IMG/VR virus record: IMGVR_UViG_3300030493_000343
Location: 1-37,742 of that record
Strand: one strand, 5' to 3'
Length of the DNA: 37,742 bases
Source of the DNA: a virus
Lineage: Duplodnaviria > Caudoviricetes
Shown here: piece after piece, positions 8,801-17,204 of the stretch
How positions within the stretch are numbered: the first letter of the stretch is position 1
How the letters are laid out: every line of letters begins with the position of its first letter
Translations under genes and position numbers: made by a program
The notes under the pieces: generated by a model
Databases searched by the model: none
Seen by the model: only the letters and a program-made list of their open reading frames with translations
Told to the model about the DNA's origin: nothing

Positions 8801-11800
8801 TATTTTGGATGTCCAGGCGGGAAAGAAAACAGTTCTTTCCAACCAGCTTCTTGATGAAATTGAGAAAATTCATACCTCAGGCATCGTGCGGATTAAAGGT
8901 GACCGGAAGACCGGATTTCCCGGAATGGAGGTCCCGATCGATGAATATGTATCCATGATCAACAGCGATATGAGTGAAGCCGATAATAACGCAGCTGTGC
9001 TCATTCCTGAAGATGTTGCCCTAAATATCGAACAAGATCAGTTATCCCCTGAAATACTCAGCCAATTTGAAAACCTAATATTTGAAGGATATGAAAACAC
9101 CCAGCGACAAACCACAGGTACAGAACAACCCAATGCCCAGTCCGGCACAAGTGAAAGCGTACCTGAAACTTCGCAACCACAGGAATCTGAAAATGTTGAA
9201 GGAGAAGTACCGGAACAAGTAACCGACAGCATTTCAGAAGATGAAAAACCTGTTGAACCAGCCGGAGAAATTGATTCAGTCGAACAGGGAGAAAATACCC
9301 CAGAGGAAGAACAAAGGAAGGGAGTCAGCGAAGGATTGGAAGAAAAAGGGACACAGACTACCGCAAACCAGGTGACATCTGGTTTTAATGGTGATTTCCT
9401 TGCTTTAGCTAACCGGGTGATAGAGAATGATAAAATCAGGCAGGAAGAAGCAAAGGTCAATACAAATCCCTCTGAAGCGCAGAAAGAAGCCGGTAATTAT
9501 AAGAAGGGCCATGTCAGGACCCAGGGTTTTGATATCACCATCGAAAACCCCAAAGGATCCGTTCGTTCAGGAGTAGATGAAGATGGCCGGGCATGGGAGC
9601 ATACCATGCAGAATTCATACGGCTATTTCAAACGTACTGAAGGAAAGGACGGAGATCAGATAGACGTTTTTTTAGGCGATAATCCAACTTCCAAAAGAAT
9701 CTTAGTTGTTGACCAGAACAACCCATACACAGGCGAATTTGACGAGAGCAAAGTCATGTTAGCGTTTGATACCGCCCAGCAAGCGAAAGATGCATACATG
9801 TCAAACTATGAACCCGGTTGGACCGGATTCAGAACAATTACCGAAGTGCCGGTTGAGAAATTCCGGGAATGGCTGTATGACGGTGCCAGACAGAGGAAAC
9901 CGTTTTCGGAGTATAAAGGCATGTCAGATCTAGTTAAAATACAAAAAGAAAATAATAACTTTGAGGAAAACCAGATAGATGAAAGAGCGCAAACGTATAA
10001 AACCAAAGAAGGGCAAGAAATACAATATACCCTCCAATTTGGTGACTACGACAGGACAGGCACCGGTGACCTACAACGGAAAGATAATCAAAGACAATCC
10101 CCAAGTCTTAGAAAATTAAGGCCAGGCGAAATTTCATCTGTAGAGATGAAATACACCGCGGATAAAAATTTTGTATTCGACGGCCGGAACAAAATTGAAA
10201 GCACCGATGATGTTGCCTACCTTTTCAGGCAGCTTGAAAATAAGTCGGTGGAAAATATGTTTGCAGCCCTGATTGACGAAAAGGGAAAACCTACTATTCT
10301 GCATCTTTCCATGGGAGGCCGTGCCGGAACGGTGATTGATTTTGGTATCCTGTCCGATGCAATTCACCGCTTTAAGCCGAAAAAGGTTTATCTTTTGCAC
10401 AATCATCCCTCCGGAAACCTTCAGTATTCAGAGGCAGATATAAGGATGCATCAAAAAGCCCGTGACGCTTTTGGCCAAGACCTGATCGGAGAACATATCA
10501 TCATCAATACTACTTCAGGGCAATATGCCAGCTTTACGACCAGATATGACTATGAGATATCAGACCGTCCAATAGATGTTGAAAATGCCCGGAATTACCG
10601 TGTTTTGAAATTTGACAAACAGGTATTCAGAGAAAACACAGTACTGCCGGTACAGGTTACAGGTTCCGCTGATGTGGCAAAGTTTGTAACAGCACAGCGG
10701 TTTTCCGCAAAGGATAAGCAATCCGTACTGTTATTGAGCAGAAGCAATAACATTGTGGCTTATCTTCATATTTCTTCCACGGATTTTTCGTCAAAAGAAA
10801 GCGTTGAAAATCTCATTAAGGAATTACAGGCCTATGCCGGGCGTTTCGGGGCAAAAGGCATTATACTAACCGGAAAAATTCCTGATACAAAATCAAAGTA
10901 TGATGCTCAGGAGTTACAAAATTTCCGGATTGGTATCAGATCTCTAAAAACCAATCTTGAGAACCTGGATGTGTCCCTGTTGGATTATGTTTTTGTAAAA
11001 TCAGATCTGAACCATGAGTCTATGGTCGATGAAGGACTAATGGAACCGGAAGGGGAATACAGGCCTTTGGGCAGAATCACAGTTGACGGGATTGACCGGC
11101 CTGCAAAAAACAGTGAAGGAAAGACAATTCACCCCACGGAGTCGGGGATCAGAAATTTCTGGCGGTGGTTCTCTGATTTTGATAAAGCAAAACGCATCGA
11201 GAAGTTAAGAAATTCAAAACCCATTGAAATTACGGGTAATGAAATCACTCCAAGTGATGATCTGAAAGAGTATAAGAAGAACGCGCTGGAATATGGGAAG
11301 AAACTCCAAGGAGAATATATAAATAAAGATACCGGCGCAACTGTTATGTTGCAACGCGGAAGAAGGAACGGAGGAATAAATGAAGTACTGCAACATGATT
11401 ATAAAGATGTTGAACATCTACAGTCGATTGCCGCTATTCCGCAGATAATCGAAAATGGAATTTATATCGACAGTAGAGAGAACGATAATAAGGAAAAAAA
11501 TCCCGATGTTGCGCGATACGATTATTATGTTTCTGGGTTAAAGATTAGTAATGTTGACTATACTGTTCGTTCAAGCATTGCAATTGACACGAAAGGGAAC
11601 CGTTATTACGACCACAAGTTGACGCAGATAGAAAAAAGAAAACTGCTTGATTCACTTTCCGGAATAACAACTCCCGGGTTTAATCAAGCAGTTTATAACG
11701 GTTTTGGCACAACGCCCGGCACTAAGCCTACTACCGAATACAAAGATAAAAAATTACTTGATCTTTTACAAGTAAGGTCATCAAAAGTGATTGATGGCCA

Positions 11801-14800
11801 AGGAAGACCATTAGTTGTATACCACGGCAGTCCGGTAAAAGGCATCCAGACTTTTGACCTTAATAAATCAGGGCAGAATGTTCAGGGAGAAAGAGGTGCA
11901 GTTTTTTTCACCGACAACGAAAAATTAGCGGATGATTTTTCTTATGAGCGCCTTTCGACGAATGTTCCATTTAAAGATATAAAGGGTAAAAAGGGGCAGG
12001 TCTATCCTGTTTACCTGAGAATGATGAACCCGTTTGATCTTCGGAATATGACCCCGGAAATGGCTGAAATTCTGTCAAAAGAGGATGGATTGCTTTCTTG
12101 GGAACAGGTTATTGAATGGTCCAAAGTAAAGAACAGGCAGCTTATAAAGGCCGGATTACCTAAGCCATTGAGTAAGTTAGCCGCCTACGGCTATGATGGA
12201 GTGATAGCTGGTTTGAATGAGGGTGGTTCGGAATATGCCGTCTTTGATCCTTCGCAGATTAAATCAGTTGAAAATGAGGGAGCCATTGATTCAGAATTCT
12301 TCGATATCTTAGAAGAACAGAAAGCAGGATACTCAAAATCCAGCGGATCCACATCAAATAAAAATCAACCCGGAACAACTGAGCAGGCCCGTATTGAGTT
12401 GGACAAAAGGCTTAAAAATTTAAGGTTTCGTATCCGGGAAGCATGGGAAGACCGCCATTTGGCCGTAAAAAGATTTCTGGACCTTCTCCGTGAAAAAGGA
12501 ACTGAGATTCCCGAATATAACGACTATTACCTGCAGGCGACCCACATCAACGGTAAAATAGATGCACAGCTAAACCAGTATGACAGGAGCTTTCATGTGC
12601 CGCTTAATGATGCAATCCGTGACCTGGAAGACAATGGAGCCAGTTACAGGAGCATAGAGAACTATGCGATTCTCAAACACGGGCTGGAACGCAACGAATG
12701 GATGCGGCAAAAAGCCATTGATGATTTCATGGCTGCCAACCCTGATGCAACCTATGACCAGATTACAAAGTTTGAAGATCGTCTCCCGGATGACTTTTCC
12801 GGGATCACCGCAGTCCAGGAAGAGGTAGAGATGTCAGCCGAAGAATTCATAAGCGATTTCGAGGCCAAGACAGGCAGCCAAAAACTTCTTGATAATTTCT
12901 GGGGCAAAGTCAAAGAGGCCACATCGTTTGCACTAAAAAAGCAGCTTGAAGGCGGATTGATTGACAAGAAAACCTATGACGAACTTATTGCCCGTTACCG
13001 GTATTACATTCCCCTTCGCGGTCACGATGCAGAAACGGCGGAGGACAGGTGGGATTACAGTCCTGATATGGGGACCTACTTTTCTGCTCCTTTACTTGTG
13101 GCAAGGGGAAGAAAAACAAGGTCTGAAAGCCCGTTTGCCTTTATCAGTCAAATGGCTCAAAGCGCAGTTACTTCCTCCAACAGGAATTTGCTCAACCAAA
13201 CGCTGTTAAGACTGGCCGGTAAGGACAAAACAGGATTGTTAAAGGCAAGCAAAACATGGTATGTACAGGCCGGGGTTAACAACGAAGGGAAACCCGTTTT
13301 TGAATCCCGGTCTCCCGCTTACTCGGATGATGCCCAAACATTCAGAGAGAATATTGAGGAATTCGAAGAGCAGATGAAAAAACTGGCCGAACAGGGTCTT
13401 GCATTCCAAAGCGGAGCAAAGCTGAATATCGGCGGACTGTTTATTAAACCTTCACAGGCGGAGCAACACGAGGTTCATGTTTACCAGAATGGCGTTGAAC
13501 ACGTTGTTTACATTAACGCCAATCCTGCTGTGTCCAGGGCTATTACCGGCATGAATTCCAAAGATCTGCACAAGGATCTTCAATGGCTTGCTAAAAGATC
13601 GAAATGGATGGCGGCCAATTTTACCACGAGGAACCCGGTCTTTGTTTTATCTAACTTTTCCCGTGACTATATTTTTGCCTCGTCCATCCTTTCTGTGAAG
13701 GAAAATGCGCTGTATGCATTACAATTCCAGCGAAACATTCTGAAATCAGCCGGGGCGTTGCAGCGATATTTAAGAGGCAAAGCGGACCTGAGTAAAGCCG
13801 AGGACCGGTTTATGGTGGAATATATCATGAACGGGGCAAAGACCGGATTTTCTCACCTGGTAGAACTTCAGACAATCCAAAAGAAGATTGAGCGGGAACT
13901 GAAGAAAGGCGACAAAAAGAATGTCTTTAGATACCTGATTGATACGATTGGCTCTTTTAATGAGTTCGCGGAGAACTTATCCCGGTTATCGGTTTATATC
14001 ACCTCCCGGGAACAGGGCCGGGGTATTGTCCGGTCGGTTTCCGATGCGAAGGAAGTTACAGTAAACTTTAACCGCTCAGGTGCCGGAGGCTACGGATCCC
14101 AATGGATCAGGCCCCTTTATCTGTTTGTCAATGCAGGGATTCAGGCTTTGTCAAATTTTACCAAAGTAGCCGGGAAGAATCCCGGTAAGACAGCGCTCCT
14201 TGTTTCATCTTATGCCATGACCGGCTTTTTGATGCCCATGGTAGCTTCTCTTCTCGGCGGTGATGACGGACTGGATGAATACTTGAAACTGAGTGACTGG
14301 GAACGCCAGAATAACCTTTGCATATACACCGGTAAAGGTTTTATTAAGATCCCGTTACCTCACGAATTGCGGGTATTCAATAAAATGGGTGATGAGATTT
14401 ATCAGTCTGCATTCGGGCAAAAGGATGTGGCACAATCGATTCTTGATGTGTCGCTTGGATTTGCCGATCTTATTCCGGCCAATCCAATGGGATCACTGGA
14501 AATAGAATCCTGGTCAAACCTGCTTCCGGATGTATTTCGTCCCTTTGCCAACCTTGCCGAAAACAAAAACTTCATGGGCGGCAGGATATGGAATGAATGG
14601 GCTGATCCGAATAAACCGGGTTATTTAAAGGTAAGAACAAACAAACGGGGCGAACCATACGCGCCTTCTTTCCTGGTTCGGATTGCTGCCGATTTGGACC
14701 GGGCTACCGGAGGTGACGGGGTGGAAAAAGGACTGGTCAGTTTTAACCCCGATAAGCTGAATCATATCATGAGAGGATACTTCGGCGGGCTTTACAATGT

Positions 14801-15230
14801 GGCCCAACAAGGACTGGATATCGCAAGTAAAACCTACGACTGGACACAAACCGGAGAATTTGAGTTAAAGGCAAGGGAAACTCCCCTGCGCACTTTCTAT
14901 ACTTCTTCTGATGACCTGCAGGTGTCAGGTAATGGATTGAATTCTAAATATTACAAGGTATCCGGCCAAATGCAGGAAGTGGACAGAAAGATAAAGGGGT
15001 ACCGCGATCAGGCTGCATCCGGAGAATTAAGCCTTGGCGGGTTCTCTGACAAGATAAAAAGTATGGGGTCTGATGTGGAAAGATTAAAACGGACAGACCC
15101 TATTATTAAATCGATCAAACGATATGAAAGCTATCTCAAAGAGCTGAACGGACAGGACCAGAAGGAACTTGAAAAAGTAATCTCAAACTTAAAAAAAGAG
15201 GTAATCAGTATTAACAACCAAACAGAATAA
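5856..15230 (+). CDS. Large polyvalent virion protein (InPase, JAB/RadC x2, LPD3-like, ART-PolyVal-like, LPD38-like C-terminus)
   Basis: Motifs: PSEAQKEAGNYKKGH...ENPKGSVRSG...YGY...DGDQIDVF...FDESKVML (InPase, ~9456-9918); LLHNHPSG...SEAD (JAB, ~10190-10510); NKDTG...IPQIIENG...RYYDHKL (LPD3-like, ~11180-11640); GRPLVVYHGS...FFTDN...YPVYL...GYDGVI...EYAVFDPSQIKS (ART-like, ~11780-12290); TVNFNRSG...IKIPLPHEL...YFGG (LPD38-like, ~14050-14800). Confidence 0.88.
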   Translation: MPLYTSKGKIYDIPDNRVNAFLQARKDAKPFEKKKINLPPVPVPANEGLSFTPSQSSFSPSLKAEDTVATAMQNFDRLKAEQPNVPREKGFWNTWAGDAVEKLGEGTAWAGEGITRFANLPVKVYANTIANKEGMNPEEKYAFSKLMAASAANTLNVEMTADALKGVQEKLAGKADRYGGKDFADLWKAGDKSGAIGHIMLEGVKSLPMSIMAGVNPGVGLSVIGAASTGQKYEDLSDTEKPSAFASSKEWQDYRSNMSMGELAKVSNAFLSGAAEAGSELLGSIPIFGWLGRTYAKLGGKATGDIVKKGVKKWMDGMFDRYGLLLAPIAEGNEEVANKVAENTIDYLTGARTDFKPFEGTGESFVYGAGGGAQFSVAALPGVIANRFTGKRQTDMPTVPEISIQDQVNTRMQQVQQAIRESANPDMGAVVSAIVQGGEQPVRITGGRIVTRQDGSIDRENSDKQIFYIDEQGNKKVTSIDFVEEIAENMPLPDALNYAGQTIQDEFRAEQENAAVRPYEVNETVTADMGNGITFTGQITAVDDQGMYVVTDAQTGQQVTIEPRQIVDQDNIQGVENGSVVDYMDDQGNERTGTVDDAHGVRPQGLVIIDGEGIPIEKILGLTEQRKAEQATQTHGQPMSAPPIKAIRLGKDSFDFKQNDDGSFTFVPSEKLDADSALEKLEKEFKDNKKWEVVAGKEQIEVPPANPFQDPTLQTVVKSIQIRRKNNQNATQPTGGDNNLSKSEVDPGLKAEAEAETKPSYSFNGKDVSKDYVHGVIEDAQSKEDLAGLTYRNDPDIDAMIEKKFPAPKTTYRIGKTEVSRDRALARIDMAGTQEQLEELKIGNDPQMQQAYNAKLAEFRERDDQAQAEINRKHDKLVSMMQSYNQISPAERRRINTASMMQLASELGYYVKYENGNGVRIFRNGTEIRRNADRLSNDEIQSHRSLSDYDEPVQKLAGSLLLPLNVEGVEIGTMQPKEINQAILDVQAGKKTVLSNQLLDEIEKIHTSGIVRIKGDRKTGFPGMEVPIDEYVSMINSDMSEADNNAAVLIPEDVALNIEQDQLSPEILSQFENLIFEGYENTQRQTTGTEQPNAQSGTSESVPETSQPQESENVEGEVPEQVTDSISEDEKPVEPAGEIDSVEQGENTPEEEQRKGVSEGLEEKGTQTTANQVTSGFNGDFLALANRVIENDKIRQEEAKVNTNPSEAQKEAGNYKKGHVRTQGFDITIENPKGSVRSGVDEDGRAWEHTMQNSYGYFKRTEGKDGDQIDVFLGDNPTSKRILVVDQNNPYTGEFDESKVMLAFDTAQQAKDAYMSNYEPGWTGFRTITEVPVEKFREWLYDGARQRKPFSEYKGMSDLVKIQKENNNFEENQIDERAQTYKTKEGQEIQYTLQFGDYDRTGTGDLQRKDNQRQSPSLRKLRPGEISSVEMKYTADKNFVFDGRNKIESTDDVAYLFRQLENKSVENMFAALIDEKGKPTILHLSMGGRAGTVIDFGILSDAIHRFKPKKVYLLHNHPSGNLQYSEADIRMHQKARDAFGQDLIGEHIIINTTSGQYASFTTRYDYEISDRPIDVENARNYRVLKFDKQVFRENTVLPVQVTGSADVAKFVTAQRFSAKDKQSVLLLSRSNNIVAYLHISSTDFSSKESVENLIKELQAYAGRFGAKGIILTGKIPDTKSKYDAQELQNFRIGIRSLKTNLENLDVSLLDYVFVKSDLNHESMVDEGLMEPEGEYRPLGRITVDGIDRPAKNSEGKTIHPTESGIRNFWRWFSDFDKAKRIEKLRNSKPIEITGNEITPSDDLKEYKKNALEYGKKLQGEYINKDTGATVMLQRGRRNGGINEVLQHDYKDVEHLQSIAAIPQIIENGIYIDSRENDNKEKNPDVARYDYYVSGLKISNVDYTVRSSIAIDTKGNRYYDHKLTQIEKRKLLDSLSGITTPGFNQAVYNGFGTTPGTKPTTEYKDKKLLDLLQVRSSKVIDGQGRPLVVYHGSPVKGIQTFDLNKSGQNVQGERGAVFFTDNEKLADDFSYERLSTNVPFKDIKGKKGQVYPVYLRMMNPFDLRNMTPEMAEILSKEDGLLSWEQVIEWSKVKNRQLIKAGLPKPLSKLAAYGYDGVIAGLNEGGSEYAVFDPSQIKSVENEGAIDSEFFDILEEQKAGYSKSSGSTSNKNQPGTTEQARIELDKRLKNLRFRIREAWEDRHLAVKRFLDLLREKGTEIPEYNDYYLQATHINGKIDAQLNQYDRSFHVPLNDAIRDLEDNGASYRSIENYAILKHGLERNEWMRQKAIDDFMAANPDATYDQITKFEDRLPDDFSGITAVQEEVEMSAEEFISDFEAKTGSQKLLDNFWGKVKEATSFALKKQLEGGLIDKKTYDELIARYRYYIPLRGHDAETAEDRWDYSPDMGTYFSAPLLVARGRKTRSESPFAFISQMAQSAVTSSNRNLLNQTLLRLAGKDKTGLLKASKTWYVQAGVNNEGKPVFESRSPAYSDDAQTFRENIEEFEEQMKKLAEQGLAFQSGAKLNIGGLFIKPSQAEQHEVHVYQNGVEHVVYINANPAVSRAITGMNSKDLHKDLQWLAKRSKWMAANFTTRNPVFVLSNFSRDYIFASSILSVKENALYALQFQRNILKSAGALQRYLRGKADLSKAEDRFMVEYIMNGAKTGFSHLVELQTIQKKIERELKKGDKKNVFRYLIDTIGSFNEFAENLSRLSVYITSREQGRGIVRSVSDAKEVTVNFNRSGAGGYGSQWIRPLYLFVNAGIQALSNFTKVAGKNPGKTALLVSSYAMTGFLMPMVASLLGGDDGLDEYLKLSDWERQNNLCIYTGKGFIKIPLPHELRVFNKMGDEIYQSAFGQKDVAQSILDVSLGFADLIPANPMGSLEIESWSNLLPDVFRPFANLAENKNFMGGRIWNEWADPNKPGYLKVRTNKRGEPYAPSFLVRIAADLDRATGGDGVEKGLVSFNPDKLNHIMRGYFGGLYNVAQQGLDIASKTYDWTQTGEFELKARETPLRTFYTSSDDLQVSGNGLNSKYYKVSGQMQEVDRKIKGYRDQAASGELSLGGFSDKIKSMGSDVERLKRTDPIIKSIKRYESYLKELNGQDQKELEKVISNLKKEVISINNQTE
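9091..9222 (+). CDS. Candidate nested +1-frame mini-ORF (43 aa) inside the polyvalent gene
   Basis: MKTPSDKPQVQNNPMPSPAQVKAYLKLRNHRNLKMLKEKYRNK*. Overlies a low-complexity linker; near-consensus AATATTTG at 9077-9084. Confidence 0.35.
   Translation: MKTPSDKPQVQNNPMPSPAQVKAYLKLRNHRNLKMLKEKYRNK
9979..10119 (+). CDS. Candidate nested +1-frame mini-ORF (46 aa) with its own promoter
   Basis: MKERKRIKPKKGKKYNIPSNLVTTTGQAPVTYNGKIIKDNPQVLEN*. Perfect TAACTTTG -7 element at 9956-9963, 15 nt upstream; fills the InPase-JAB linker. Confidence 0.5.
   Translation: MKERKRIKPKKGKKYNIPSNLVTTTGQAPVTYNGKIIKDNPQVLEN
11631..11736 (-). ncRNA. Candidate structured antisense sRNA inside the polyvalent gene
   Basis: Minus-strand TTG-N20-TATCTTTG promoter (11771-11741); perfect 13-bp inverted repeat 11640-11652/11682-11694 followed by a U tract; inner 6-bp stem with a 7-nt loop. 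Confidence 0.6.
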
Positions 15231-15232
15231 TC

Positions 15233-17203
15233 ATGATCAAGGCAAACGTTAAGCTGGCTGCAAAGTATTTCCCTAAAGAGAAAAAGGACAGGGAGAAGAT
15301 TGACACGGCAAAAAGCGGGGATACCAGGAAAAACAATATTGTTTTAATGGACGCCTTTACTGCATGGACGGGGCTCGACTCTTTCAGGAAAATGGCCGAA
15401 AGAAACAAAATGTACACCTTTTCGGATCAATGGGGAGACCGGATTCCTAATCCGGACGGTCCGGGATCGATAACCGAACGCCGGAATATATTGAATCAGG
15501 GCAGTATACCGCTTCAAAATAACAGGATCCGCGGAATTGCCCGGTCCGTTATTGGTGTTTTTCAAAGTATGCAGACTGAACCGGTGTGTACGGCCAGAGA
15601 CCGGGATGAGCAGTCTGACGGGGAAATGATGTCCGCTACCCTCCAGTACGTTTACCAGCGTAACAAGTTGTGGGGATTGGATAGCAATTGCCTTTTGTAT
15701 TTTATCGTTACCGGCGTTGGCGCTTTTAAAAGCACATGGGGGTGGAGGAACGGCTCCATGGATGTTTGGGATAACCTGGTTAATCCGAACAGGTTGTTTT
15801 TTGACAACCATATGCAGGATCCCCGCCATTGGGACTGCCATTTGATCGGTGAAATACACGACGTGGGCCTGTATGACGTGATGGCGCAATTCTCACACGG
15901 CTCGCGTGAAAAAGCAGAAGAAATACGAAGGATCTATGCCGGTTGCAACAGGGAGCGGACAATCGCCTATGTGGATAACCTGAGGGAAAACCTAAGGAAT
16001 CATTTGGATTTCTTTATCCCCACCGATGAGACCAGGTGTCGGGTGATCGAAATATGGAAGAAAGAAAGCAAAGAAAGGCTGTTGGTCCATGATGCTTTGA
16101 CCGGAGAGTTCTACAAAGCTGAACTGGAAGATGAGCGCAAATTAACCCAAGAGAATAAAATCCGCAAGGCAGATCAGGCAGCCCAGGGAATTGCGCCCAA
16201 AGATATGAAGCTGATAAAATTCGTTTGGTTTATCGATAACTACTGGTATTACTATTACATGTCGCCGCAGGGCGATGTTCTGGATGAAGGAGAAACACCT
16301 TTCTGGCATGAATCACACCCATATTCATTTAAGGTGTACCCCTTCTATGATGGTCAGGTTTTCCCGTTTGTCAGCGACTTTATTGATCAGAACCGTTACA
16401 TTAACCGGCTGATCACTTTACAGGACTTTGTTATCCGATCATCTGCCAAAGGTGTACTGGCCGTCCCGGATGACCTGCCTGACGGGTGGCCCATAGAGCG
16501 ATATGCCAGCGAATGGGCCAGGTATAACGGTGTTATCCTCTTTAAGGCAAAGCCAGGCGTCCCGTTGCCACAGCAAATTGTTTCCAACGTATCGCAGTTA
16601 GGAATAACGGATATGCTCTCGATCCAGCTTAAACTACTCGAGGACATATCCGGAGTACAGGGAGCGCTGCAAGGGCAGGCGCCCAAAGCAGGAACGCCAG
16701 CATCTCTTTATATGCAGCAAACGCAGAATTCATCAACATCCCTTACCGAAATATTTGAAGCATTCCGGGAATTAAGGGAAGAACGGGATATGAAGAATAT
16801 GAAGCTGATCCAGCAGTTCTATACCGAGCCACGGTATATTAATATCAGCGGGAACAGTGCACAGGGCAAAAGGATGGTGTATAATCCGCAAAAGGTCCGG
16901 AATGCCGAATTCGATCTTTCGATAACAGAAAGTACTTCTACCCCTGCCTATCGGATGGTTATGAATGACTTTTTGATGCAGATATACAATACCGGCCAAA
17001 TATCCCTGGAAGAAGTACTTCAAAACGGGGCTTTCCCGTTTGCCGATAAGTTGCTGCAGTCGATCAAGGCGCGCGGCGGTCAGATAGGTGCCGGCAATGT
17101 AGCTCCTGAAGGCGGACAGGTCGTGCCGCAGGATATCGGGCAGCAAGTTATGCAGGGTACAAGCCCGATCGTTCAGCAGATGTTAACCAGAAAAGCCGCT
17201 TAA
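15233..17203 (+). CDS. Portal protein (P22-like)
   Basis: 656 aa; SDQW...IPLQNNRIRGIARSVIG, FIDQNRYINRL, LLEDISGVQGALQG, FDLSITESTSTPAYR patterns of P22-type portals. Confidence 0.85.
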   Translation: MIKANVKLAAKYFPKEKKDREKIDTAKSGDTRKNNIVLMDAFTAWTGLDSFRKMAERNKMYTFSDQWGDRIPNPDGPGSITERRNILNQGSIPLQNNRIRGIARSVIGVFQSMQTEPVCTARDRDEQSDGEMMSATLQYVYQRNKLWGLDSNCLLYFIVTGVGAFKSTWGWRNGSMDVWDNLVNPNRLFFDNHMQDPRHWDCHLIGEIHDVGLYDVMAQFSHGSREKAEEIRRIYAGCNRERTIAYVDNLRENLRNHLDFFIPTDETRCRVIEIWKKESKERLLVHDALTGEFYKAELEDERKLTQENKIRKADQAAQGIAPKDMKLIKFVWFIDNYWYYYYMSPQGDVLDEGETPFWHESHPYSFKVYPFYDGQVFPFVSDFIDQNRYINRLITLQDFVIRSSAKGVLAVPDDLPDGWPIERYASEWARYNGVILFKAKPGVPLPQQIVSNVSQLGITDMLSIQLKLLEDISGVQGALQGQAPKAGTPASLYMQQTQNSSTSLTEIFEAFRELREERDMKNMKLIQQFYTEPRYINISGNSAQGKRMVYNPQKVRNAEFDLSITESTSTPAYRMVMNDFLMQIYNTGQISLEEVLQNGAFPFADKLLQSIKARGGQIGAGNVAPEGGQVVPQDIGQQVMQGTSPIVQQMLTRKAA

Positions 17204-17204
17204 T

